A DNA stretch of 64,000 nucleotides, from positions 436 to 64,435 of the forward strand of contig LCFM01000002.1 of assembly GCA_000999025.1 (NCBI GenBank). Reading direction: 5' to 3'. The notes below the pieces were generated by a model, which worked only from the letters and a program-made list of their open reading frames with translations, did no database searches and was not told the DNA's origin. This stretch comes from Parcubacteria group bacterium GW2011_GWA2_43_13. GTDB lineage: Bacteria > Patescibacteriota > Patescibacteriia > UBA9629 > GWA2-43-13. The first letter of the stretch is position 1. Every line of letters begins with the position of its first letter. Shown piece by piece: positions 38,604-47,008 of this stretch. Position numbers and translations under genes: made by a program.

Positions 38604-39197
38604 TTAAAACATAATATCCTCTTCTGCCCGCTTATACTGGTGAATCTCTTCCGGCCCAAACCATAAATGGATTTCATTATCCGCTTCTGCCTGCGTTTCA
38701 GAAGCATGCACAATATTTTTAATTGCTCTGCTTTCAAGATTTGCAACTGCCGGCGAATCAACGCTGAAATCGCCGCGAATAGTTCCCATTTCAGCAAACA
38801 CAGGTAAGGAATGGCCAACTAATTTGCGCACCATATCAATCGCGTGTATGCCCTGCACAACCATTGCCACAATCGGACCTGATGACAGGTATTCAAATAA
38901 AAGTTCTTTCACCTTCGTACCTATTTCCATTTTATTATCAGTCCCCTGCGCCGCAATAGGATCAATATTGTATTCAGTAAATGTCTTTAAGGTTTTTTCT
39001 CCAAGCCGCTCAACCCATGCAGGATCAGAGGGCAAATGTTTTTCAAGATGGTTACGATCCACCCATACCATTTTCATGGCAATAATTTTCAAACCACGCC
39101 GCTCAATACGACTCAAAATTTCCCCAATCAACCCACGCTTTACACCGTCCGGCTTTACAAGGACAAGCGTCATTTCTTGTTTCATTTTCTGATGCAT
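38604..39197 (-). CDS. ndk: nucleoside diphosphate kinase (long form)
   Basis: LVLVKPDGVKRGLIGEI...NIVHASE has the NDK catalytic His context. Confidence 0.8.
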   Translation of the reverse strand: MHQKMKQEMTLVLVKPDGVKRGLIGEILSRIERRGLKIIAMKMVWVDRNHLEKHLPSDPAWVERLGEKTLKTFTEYNIDPIAAQGTDNKMEIGTKVKELLFEYLSSGPIVAMVVQGIHAIDMVRKLVGHSLPVFAEMGTIRGDFSVDSPAVANLESRAIKNIVHASETQAEADNEIHLWFGPEEIHQYKRAEEDIMF

Positions 39198-39228
39198 AGA
39201 AAGGTTAAAATTCGAAATCTAAACCACA

Positions 39229-39639
39229 TTACTTCTTTTTACCAACCTCTTTTAAAACGGATTTGATTTTATCAGAGACCTGTTGTGGGGTCAAGTTCGC
39301 TTTCACTAAATAATCATACGCTCCAAGGGACTTCCCTTTTTCAATATCTTCATCTTGACCAAGATTTGTCAGCATAATCACAGGAATATTTTTTGTTTTT
39401 TCGTCTTTTTTCAATTTTTCCAACACCCCGAACCCGTCTACTTTTGGCATAATAATATCCAAAAGAATCAAATCAATACCGCCTTTTCCCGCCTGCGTAA
39501 TACTTTCCTCGCCGTCCTTTGCCACAACAACATTAAATCCGTCATGCGTCAATTTAGTGGTATACATTTGTGCAATAAGGTCATCATCTTCTGCAAGTAA
39601 AATAGTTGATTGGGTATCTTTGCCAGCCATAGTAAACAT
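39229..39639 (-). CDS. stand-alone response-regulator receiver domain (CheY-like)
   Basis: Carries the conserved receiver residues: the acidic pair in LLAEDDDLI, the phospho-acceptor Asp in DLILLDIIMP, and the Thr and Lys in MLTNLGQ and KANLTP. Confidence 0.8.
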   Translation of the reverse strand: MFTMAGKDTQSTILLAEDDDLIAQMYTTKLTHDGFNVVVAKDGEESITQAGKGGIDLILLDIIMPKVDGFGVLEKLKKDEKTKNIPVIMLTNLGQDEDIEKGKSLGAYDYLVKANLTPQQVSDKIKSVLKEVGKKK

Positions 39640-39679
39640 TTTATTTAAAATTCAGATAACTACAGTATACCACAGCGCA

Positions 39680-40591
39680 TTAAAATTCACCAATAAAATG
39701 GGTACGAAGCGCGTATGTTCTTCCGTCTGACGCAAACGTAACATCGCCATCGATGTCTGTTCTATACACAACGCTTCCGGCTTGATTCAGCGTAAGGAGC
39801 GTACGCGCGTTGGGATGGCCAAAGGAATTATCACGGCCTACCATTATGACAGCAATTTCCGGTTGTGCTTGGGTGATAAATTCTTTACTCGAAGATGTTT
39901 TACTGCCATGATGCGCGACTTTTAACACATCAATATCAGGAATAAGGTTATTCGCCAAAAGTTGGGACTCAGTATCTGCCGATATATCGCCGGTAAATAA
40001 AAATTCGTGTTCGCCATATCGTAATAATGCAACAACTGATCCTTCATTTGCATCAGGTAAATGCAATGTATCAACTGCCATAGAAATCGGCCATAAGAGT
40101 TCTAATGACACGCCGTCTTCGAGGATCATTGTACGCTGTGAAGAAACAAAACTCACTGGAATATGAAACTCGCTAACCTTTTTCGTAAATGCCTCCCACT
40201 CAGGACTACTGTAAGGAATATCTGATGTAATCAATTGCTTGATAGCGTATCGCTCGGCAACATCTAAAAATCCGGCGAAATGATCTGTTTGCGGATGCGT
40301 GATGATGGCAAGATCAATCGTGCGATCATAAAACGGAAGCGCTTTTCCTAACTTTTGAACGACTGTGCCCGTGGGCCCTGCGTCAATTAAAATTGTGTGG
40401 TTTCGCGGTGTCCGAATCAGCGTGCTATCCCCTTGTCCAATATCTAAAAAACTAACGATGAGATGATTTTTCTCGCGCGATGATTGAAAAAGAAATATCA
40501 ATAAAAAAACCTCAACAACACCAATGATGATCAGTAAAAAAATCAGTTTCTTTTTTAAACAGTTACTCTTCCTCATACACCTTACACCCAT
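39680..40591 (-). CDS. comEC: ComEC C-terminal metallo-beta-lactamase domain protein (split ComEC)
   Basis: N-terminal TM, then an MBL fold (DIGQGDSTLI...HPQTDHFAG). Confidence 0.75.
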   Translation of the reverse strand: MGVRCMRKSNCLKKKLIFLLIIIGVVEVFLLIFLFQSSREKNHLIVSFLDIGQGDSTLIRTPRNHTILIDAGPTGTVVQKLGKALPFYDRTIDLAIITHPQTDHFAGFLDVAERYAIKQLITSDIPYSSPEWEAFTKKVSEFHIPVSFVSSQRTMILEDGVSLELLWPISMAVDTLHLPDANEGSVVALLRYGEHEFLFTGDISADTESQLLANNLIPDIDVLKVAHHGSKTSSSKEFITQAQPEIAVIMVGRDNSFGHPNARTLLTLNQAGSVVYRTDIDGDVTFASDGRTYALRTHFIGEF

Positions 40592-40610
40592 TATTCACTT
40601 TACTTGCACC

Positions 40611-40650
40611 CTGTTTTACTTTTTTCACGGCCATGAAAAAAGTAAAACAG
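40611..40650. repeat. family-F 40-bp palindrome between the two comEC fragments
   Basis: ctgttttacttttttcacggccatgaaaaaagtaaaacag. Confidence 0.6.
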
Positions 40651-40657
40651 TATAGTG

Positions 40658-42205
40658 TTATGCAGATACTTTTATACTTTGAATATCCTGCATCATGCCG
40701 AACCTGCGATTTCTTCTTTTACGCATAGATAGCGCATACACACCCCAGCAAAGAAGCACATAACTTATCATCATCCATGGCCATGAAAACCATTCAATAG
40801 ACATACTCGCATATCGCCATGATGAAAAAAATTCAATACTCCGTAAAATATATTCCAATAGTATCCACGCAGGAAACGCGATATACGCAAACGATTGAAC
40901 ATTCAATGGGATACATACCGCAACCGCTGTTACAAGCCCGCCCACTGCCATCACAAAAGGAGTCAGCGGCACCACAAAAAAATTCGCAATAATACTCACC
41001 ACTGAAAGTCGGCCAAACACAAACAATACCAATGGAAGGGTCGCGATGGTCGCGGAAAATGTCGCAACCACAACTTCTTTCATACTATGTATCCATCCAT
41101 GGCCATGTGATTCAAAGAGCGGCGAAATATAAATCAACCCCGCTGTTGCCAAAAATGAAAGCTGAAACCCAACGTCATACCGTAAAATCCACGGATTGAT
41201 TGCAACCATCAACCCGGCTGTAAGCAACAGCGCATTGGTCATTGACTGCGCTCGGCCAATGCTATATGCCAGCGCGCCGATGGCTCCAAATAAAGCCGCG
41301 CGTACTACCGACGCCTGCCCCCCGACAAGGATAACAAACAGTCCAATACACGGAATCATCATCCACAGCGCATGCCTGCGGTTGATCCATATCCATGGCG
41401 CGAGAATCAGCACAAAACGGATCACTATCGTAATATTGTATCCGGAAATCGCAATAATATGCGTCAGGCCTACGCGATTGAATTGTTCCATCACATCATC
41501 GGGTAACCCCTTTTTTGCGCCAACCAACATACCGGCAAGTAAAGAGGCGTGAGGTTCTGGTAATGCGCGGTTGATTGCCTCAAGTAGAGTATGTTTGAAC
41601 GCAAAAAGATATGAAAAAATATTCTTCGGCGCGAAAACGCGTTGTGAGATGTCAGGATAATAACACACTGCGTCAATATTTTTTGCGCGCAAATATTTCT
41701 CATAATCAAACGAATCAAACGCTTGCGGCTTTTGCACAATGCACTCAAACGATAATTCATCATGATATTCATAATATGGATACAATCGTGTTGTTGCTAA
41801 AAGCAATCCGTTAAGCCCATGGACTCGTATCACCAACCGTTGCTTGTCAAGCAATCGTTCCGGCTCGGCAACAATCGTTCCTTTAAAAGATTGTTGCATT
41901 CCAATGCGCGATACAATATGATGATCGCCCGATTGTACCCGAATGACGGAAAACCGCATCATGCCGAAAAATAAAAAGAATGTGCCCACGCTTATTACGA
42001 CCAATATTTTTATCCACCCCCTAGTATAGAATTGATAGGCGATACTCATAACACCCACCGCGATGATACTTCCACCCAATACTCCTACAAGAAGATTGAA
42101 AGAAATACTCCACAGCGTTGCAATGAAAACCCCAAGAATAAAACTTGTAAGCGCTAACCTCAACCACTGATACGGATATAACCTTATCTTTGTTTCGGTC
42201 TTCAT
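40658..42205 (-). CDS. comEC: ComEC/Rec2 competence channel domain protein
   Basis: Multi-TM with GLTHIIAISGYNITIV, the competence-domain signature. Confidence 0.85.
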   Translation of the reverse strand: MKTETKIRLYPYQWLRLALTSFILGVFIATLWSISFNLLVGVLGGSIIAVGVMSIAYQFYTRGWIKILVVISVGTFFLFFGMMRFSVIRVQSGDHHIVSRIGMQQSFKGTIVAEPERLLDKQRLVIRVHGLNGLLLATTRLYPYYEYHDELSFECIVQKPQAFDSFDYEKYLRAKNIDAVCYYPDISQRVFAPKNIFSYLFAFKHTLLEAINRALPEPHASLLAGMLVGAKKGLPDDVMEQFNRVGLTHIIAISGYNITIVIRFVLILAPWIWINRRHALWMMIPCIGLFVILVGGQASVVRAALFGAIGALAYSIGRAQSMTNALLLTAGLMVAINPWILRYDVGFQLSFLATAGLIYISPLFESHGHGWIHSMKEVVVATFSATIATLPLVLFVFGRLSVVSIIANFFVVPLTPFVMAVGGLVTAVAVCIPLNVQSFAYIAFPAWILLEYILRSIEFFSSWRYASMSIEWFSWPWMMISYVLLCWGVYALSMRKRRNRRFGMMQDIQSIKVSA

Positions 42206-42213
42206 ACGTCATA

Positions 42214-42240
42214 TGAGACGCCCTACCGGGGCGTCTCTAC
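42214..42240. repeat. family-A palindromic element downstream of prfB
   Basis: tgagacgcc-ctaccgg-ggcgtctctac. Confidence 0.6.
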
Positions 42241-42298
42241 AGATTTCTCATTCTACATTGGAGAGGATTCCTATTTGGACATCTCTTGAAAAAAATTA

Positions 42299-43391
42299 TT
42301 ATGACGATTGTTTTCTCCAACGCAAATACGCTTCCACAAACGCATCCAACTCACCGCCCAATACTGCCTGCGGATCGGTTGATTCGTATTCAGTGCGATG
42401 ATCTTTTACCAATTTATACGGATGCACCACATAGGAACGAATTTGATTTCCCCATTCAGCAGACAGTACCTCCCCTCGCAAAATCCGCTCTTCTTTTTCT
42501 CTCTCTAACTCAAGCCGTTGCGCCAACTTTCCGCGCAAAATCATCATTGCAGTTGCTTTATTTTGATGCTGTGAACGCTCATTTTGGCATGTGACCGTAA
42601 TATTCGTTGGGATATGAACAATACGCACTGCAGAATCAGTGGTATTTACTGACTGCCCTCCGTGCCCGGATGACCGATACACATCAATCCGAAGATCGGT
42701 TTCAGGAATATCAATCTCTCCGATGTCAGGCAATTCAGGCACCACATCAACCAATGCGAACGAGGTATGCCTCATCCCTTCCGCGTCAAAAGGCGAAATT
42801 CTCACCAACCGATGCACGCCTGCTTCTGCCTTTAAGTATCCATATGCATACCGTCCCTCAATTTTAAGCGTTACGCTTTTAATGCCTGCCTCCATACCGC
42901 GGGACATATCAACGACCTCTGTGCTCCAATTCTTTTTTTCCGCAAATCGCGTATACATACGAAAGAGCATTTCAGCCCAGTCCTGCGCATCTACCCCACC
43001 GGTTCCTGCGTGAATAGAAAGAACAGTGCTGTGTTCATCATATAAGCCATTCATTAAAACCAAAAATTCCAGTTTTTCAAACTGGGACAGGTATCTCTTA
43101 TAATCTTCTTCAATATCAACCTTTAATAATCCAGCGTGTTCCTCTTGAGCAAGAGCGAGAGTATCAGAGACATTCTTTTCCAACTGCGACCACTCGTTCA
43201 ACTCTATCCTTAACTGTTCAGCGCGTTTTGCAGTGTGGCGTGCCGCAGACGAATCATTCCAAAAATCACTGCGCGCCATGTGAGCATTCAGCTCTTGCAA
43301 CTCATATTCGCGTTTAGGATGGTCAAAGATACCTTCTGGCTTCGCAAATACGCGCCAGAAGGTGCTCCAATTCACTTATCACATGTTCCAT
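42299..43391 (-). CDS. prfB: peptide chain release factor 2, with a programmed +1 ribosomal frameshift
   Basis: ATG at 43391 gives MEHVISELEHLLARICEARRYL, then CTT TGA C. The +1 frame continues DHPKREYELQ... through the GGQ motif (SGHGGQSVN). Compare E. coli ...RGYL-stop-DYDAK. Confidence 0.9.
43322..43331 (-). promoter_or_regulatory. RF2 +1 frameshift site TAT CTT TGA C, with an SD-like AGAAGG immediately upstream
   Basis: Canonical CUU UGA C shifty stop at codon 23. Confidence 0.85.
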
Positions 43392-43413
43392 AAAAATGAT
43401 ATACGATTTCTCA

Positions 43414-44628
43414 TTATTGCCTTGGCCGTTCGGTTAATGTAACAGATACCTCTTTTTCTGATGCTTTATGCATGACTTTCAGTTTAATCACATCTCCTAC
43501 CGCATACTGTCCAACCAATCGGGCAAGTCCATTTTTTTCATCTATGCGCGTGCCGTTGATCTCCAAAATAATGTCATTCTCAACAATGCCGGCCTTATCA
43601 GCAGGGCTCCCGGGAATCACGGCAAGTTCAGCCAAATTTTCTCCACGAACAACAAGCGCTCCGTACTCAACAGGAAGATCATTTTTTTGCGCAACATCTT
43701 TATTTAATACCATATAGCGCACGCCAATGTATGGATGCACTATTCTGCCAACTTTTTTAACGCTTTCAACGATTCGTTTCGCCTCGTTGATCGGAATAGC
43801 AAACCCAATATTTTCGCCTTGTTGGCTCACAGCTGAATTCACGCCCACAACTTGGCCAGCAAGATTCACTAACGGCCCGCCAGAATTACCCGGACTGATT
43901 GCCGCGTCTGTTTGAATCACTGCTTCCAGCCGCTCGGAAAAACCGGCATTATCTCCGGCAACAATAGTGCGGCCCAATCCGGAAATAATACCCCGTGTTA
44001 CACTGTTTTGAAACTCGCCTAACGCATTTCCCACAGCAATGACTGTCTGCCCGATCTGTATCTGTTCGGAATCACCAAGCTCTAACGCAGGCAACTCTTT
44101 TGCGTCAATTTTAATGACAGCAAGATCAAGTGCAGGATCGCGATCCAATACTATTGCAGTATATGTTTTCCCATCATTCATCACAACACTGTAATCTGCC
44201 TCTTCATCGCTCACCACATGTTTATTCGTAATAATCAATCCGTCAGACGATACAACAAATCCGCTCCCGCCTCCGATCTGCCGTTTTTCTTTTTGCGTGT
44301 TTTGTTCAGGTTGAGCAAACGGATCACCAAAAAAAAGATCAAACGGACTTCCAGAAAACGGATTCCTTTGGTATGTAACCAGTTCTTTTGATACGACAAT
44401 ACTCACAACACTGGGCACAACTTTTTGCACAGCATCAACGGTCTGCGATTCTTCCTGAACAGTAAGGGTTGAATCCTTTTTGTCAGCATTGCCGTTTTGA
44501 GATTGGGCATTTCGGAAAACAGCAGAAGAATTGTTTATGACAATAAACGCAACAAGAAATCCGGCAAGAGCGCCTGCGATGATGGATTGAAAAAGATGGC
44601 GATGATGTTCAAGTTGAGGAGAGAGCAT
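43414..44628 (-). CDS. htrA: HtrA/DegP-family serine protease with a PDZ domain
   Basis: Trypsin-like His-Asp-Ser (GNSGGPLVN), plus N-terminal TM and PDZ. Confidence 0.85.
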   Translation of the reverse strand: MLSPQLEHHRHLFQSIIAGALAGFLVAFIVINNSSAVFRNAQSQNGNADKKDSTLTVQEESQTVDAVQKVVPSVVSIVVSKELVTYQRNPFSGSPFDLFFGDPFAQPEQNTQKEKRQIGGGSGFVVSSDGLIITNKHVVSDEEADYSVVMNDGKTYTAIVLDRDPALDLAVIKIDAKELPALELGDSEQIQIGQTVIAVGNALGEFQNSVTRGIISGLGRTIVAGDNAGFSERLEAVIQTDAAISPGNSGGPLVNLAGQVVGVNSAVSQQGENIGFAIPINEAKRIVESVKKVGRIVHPYIGVRYMVLNKDVAQKNDLPVEYGALVVRGENLAELAVIPGSPADKAGIVENDIILEINGTRIDEKNGLARLVGQYAVGDVIKLKVMHKASEKEVSVTLTERPRQ

Positions 44629-44652
44629 AGATTACTCTTGTAATACATCTGG

Positions 44653-44946
44653 TTATTGTAATAAATTTCGATATTGGTCAAGCCCTTCTAATAGCGGAGA
44701 TACTCCATTCGGCACCATACCACTATTCGTATACAGAGTCGTAAACTGCTTGATCAGTGGAGGTAAAAAATATACTACCGCAACCAACGGCGCGACAATA
44801 AGAATAATCTTTATAGATCCCAATATCTGCGCCCAAAACAAATACCGCTTTACCTTCTGAAGTACTTCAGTATTGCGCTCTAATAATTCTTGAACTTCTA
44901 TCAATACTTGTTCTGGTGTTTTTAGTTTTTGGTTGTCTTCTGCCAT
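44653..44946 (-). CDS. small membrane protein (about 97 aa; start MAEDNQKLK)
   Basis: One C-terminal TM. The upstream part of the longer ORF overlaps the neighbour. Confidence 0.4.
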   Translation of the reverse strand: MAEDNQKLKTPEQVLIEVQELLERNTEVLQKVKRYLFWAQILGSIKIILIVAPLVAVVYFLPPLIKQFTTLYTNSGMVPNGVSPLLEGLDQYRNLLQ

Positions 44947-45575
44947 ATTGAACAAAGATGAGAGGTTATTATTTTTACTGATGATCTCATTTTTAATAGT
45001 TCTATCACTCCAATGGGGACACCAATATAGAGTATATCCCCCACAAGCATGTTGCGATAAAAAGGAATCCCCGCAACCAACGACGCGACCAAACCATTCA
45101 ATGTATGCGGATACAGCGTTCCAAACAGCCACACCGCGGAGTTTGTCAACAGGAAAAAAGTGAGTGAACCGAGTAATGCACATAATACCCCTCGCGACAC
45201 ACCCCTTAATCCCCTCTCAAGAGGGGAAAACGACGGCCTCCCTCCTTGAGGAGGGATTGAGGGAGGTGTCATTCGTGAGCTATTCGTCGTATATTCGTGA
45301 GCTATTCGTCCCCAAATGGCATACAACGCAAACCCCACATACACACTCACAAAAATAGGCAAGTGATACCACCCAATCACGCTATCGCTGACCATCATGG
45401 CACCAAAGCTCAAGAGAATTCCAACCCACCACGGTTTTAGATAATATGCACTTAAAAAACCAACTGCGCCGATAGGAGTAAAATTCCATGGATGCGGAAG
45501 AAGTCGAGCCACAATAACAAGCAAAAAGAAAATAATGAAAAATCCATATCGTTTCATAGACCAGTATCTTATCAT
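44922..45575 (-). CDS. polytopic membrane protein carrying an in-frame composite repeat insertion
   Basis: Six predicted TM helices. Residues HEYTTNSSRMTPPSIPPQGGRPSFSPLERGLRGVSRG are encoded by repeats at 45211..45311. Confidence 0.55.
   Translation of the reverse strand: MIRYWSMKRYGFFIIFFLLVIVARLLPHPWNFTPIGAVGFLSAYYLKPWWVGILLSFGAMMVSDSVIGWYHLPIFVSVYVGFALYAIWGRIAHEYTTNSSRMTPPSIPPQGGRPSFSPLERGLRGVSRGVLCALLGSLTFFLLTNSAVWLFGTLYPHTLNGLVASLVAGIPFYRNMLVGDILYIGVPIGVIELLKMRSSVKIITSHLCSIWQKTTKN
45211..45311. repeat. composite repeat inside the CDS: two family-B palindromes plus a duplicated attcgtgagctattcgtc unit
   Basis: cccctctcaagagggg; cctccctccttgaggagggattgagggagg; cattcgtgagctattcgtcgtatattcgtgagctattcgtcc. 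Confidence 0.7.
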
Positions 45576-45613
45576 GGCTTCATTCTATAACTCAAGGACC
45601 AGTTTCCTCTTGC

Positions 45614-46369
45614 CTATTGTATTTCGTATATAAGTGTTACAGAGACGGTAATCGCGTTCTCGCCAGTAGAAATTTCAGTTGAGGATTTTACATCCGCCAC
45701 TCCGCCATACCCGCCATACAAAGGCACTGGCGGTTGGGTTCCACCCTCGCCTTCTGCAACCTGCACATCAACAATCTTACCAAGCATAACCCCTGTTTCC
45801 TTGGAAATCGCCTCGGCTTTTGTTTTTGCTTTTCGGATTGCCTGACTTCGGGCTTCGGCCACAAACTGATCCCGTTCATCAACAGTAAAATTTACTGTCC
45901 CCACCTCGTTCGCGCCCGCAGTAGTCGCGCTGTCTATGACTTTATTCAGTTTGTCAAAATCCTTAATCTTCACCTCTAATCGTGATTCAGCGCGATATCC
46001 ATCTATAATAGATCTGCCTGATGACTGTTCATAACGATAGTTCGGATAAATGCTGTAATTCACTGTCTTGATATATTTTTCCTCAATGCCCTGATCTTTC
46101 AATGCTTTCAACACCGCATTATTTACGGTGTTTAAATCCTTTTGAACATCAGTAACTTTCTTCCCTTCTTTAATCACTGCGAGTGTTACTTGCGCTGTAT
46201 CTGGTTTAACATACACTTTGCCAGTGTCAGATACGCTGAACAATGTATCTTTTTGCGTAGTAATTTGCCGAACTGACAAATCAATGGGCTTGCGAATAAG
46301 AACAACAATAACCAATCCAACTGTTGATAACGCTGTTATAATAAACACTTTAATAAAAAATTGTTGCAT
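45614..46369 (-). CDS. SIMPL/DUF541-family periplasmic protein (BP26/OMP28-like)
   Basis: N-terminal TM/signal, then a SIMPL domain with a Gly-rich C-terminal segment. Confidence 0.7.
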   Translation of the reverse strand: MQQFFIKVFIITALSTVGLVIVVLIRKPIDLSVRQITTQKDTLFSVSDTGKVYVKPDTAQVTLAVIKEGKKVTDVQKDLNTVNNAVLKALKDQGIEEKYIKTVNYSIYPNYRYEQSSGRSIIDGYRAESRLEVKIKDFDKLNKVIDSATTAGANEVGTVNFTVDERDQFVAEARSQAIRKAKTKAEAISKETGVMLGKIVDVQVAEGEGGTQPPVPLYGGYGGVADVKSSTEISTGENAITVSVTLIYEIQ

Positions 46370-46414
46370 AGCAATAATTCATCAAACATAATTGATAAAA
46401 AAAAGAATACATCT

Positions 46415-46900
46415 TTACAACTGCCCTTTTACATATTTCCACTCAATAACTTCTCCACCTGACAAAGGATATTTTGACGCGCTCACTGTTGCGTATTCGT
46501 TATTCACCCAATACTGCCATGATTGTTCAACTCCTCGATTTTGCTTATCTCCTATTTTTTCAACCATCACGCCAAGAGAATCATACTCTTTAACCTCAAG
46601 GAGAAATTTTTCTTTTTGCGACATTGTTTGTAATACCCCCCATACGGTTGTATCAGAAATGGTAGCGAGAGAGACATCATTCCATGCCTGAATAACACCA
46701 TCGCCAAAATCAAGCATAATACTCACTGTACACGATACCGCCTCCCCTCCTTTACAAGGAGAGGCCAGAGAGGAGGTGGTCGAAGGCGCTTGAGCTATCG
46801 GAGGACTGCCGACATCGTAGCCAACGATAAATGATACAATCACTGCTAAAAACACCAGCAGTGGCCCTATCGCTTTATGATGCTTCCATAAAAACCTCAT
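46415..46900 (-). CDS. membrane-anchored extracytoplasmic protein of unknown function, carrying an in-frame family-B repeat
   Basis: N-terminal TM. Residues SLASPCKGGEAV are encoded by the palindrome 46741..46776. Confidence 0.5.
   Translation of the reverse strand: MRFLWKHHKAIGPLLVFLAVIVSFIVGYDVGSPPIAQAPSTTSSLASPCKGGEAVSCTVSIMLDFGDGVIQAWNDVSLATISDTTVWGVLQTMSQKEKFLLEVKEYDSLGVMVEKIGDKQNRGVEQSWQYWVNNEYATVSASKYPLSGGEVIEWKYVKGQL
46741..46776. repeat. family-B palindrome inside the CDS
   Basis: cctcccctcctttacaaggagagg. Confidence 0.65.
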
Positions 46901-46955
46901 ACATTCGTATTATACTACAACCGAGTTACTTCTCAAACAACCATTCCTATTCCCT

Positions 46956-46985
46956 CAGAGACGGAGCACCGCCCCATCTCTACAC
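46956..46985. repeat. family-A element (degenerate) downstream of nrdJ
   Basis: cagagacgg-agcaccgcc-ccatctctacac. Confidence 0.45.
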
Positions 46986-47008
46986 AATTCGTGAGTTATT
47001 ACCCACAC

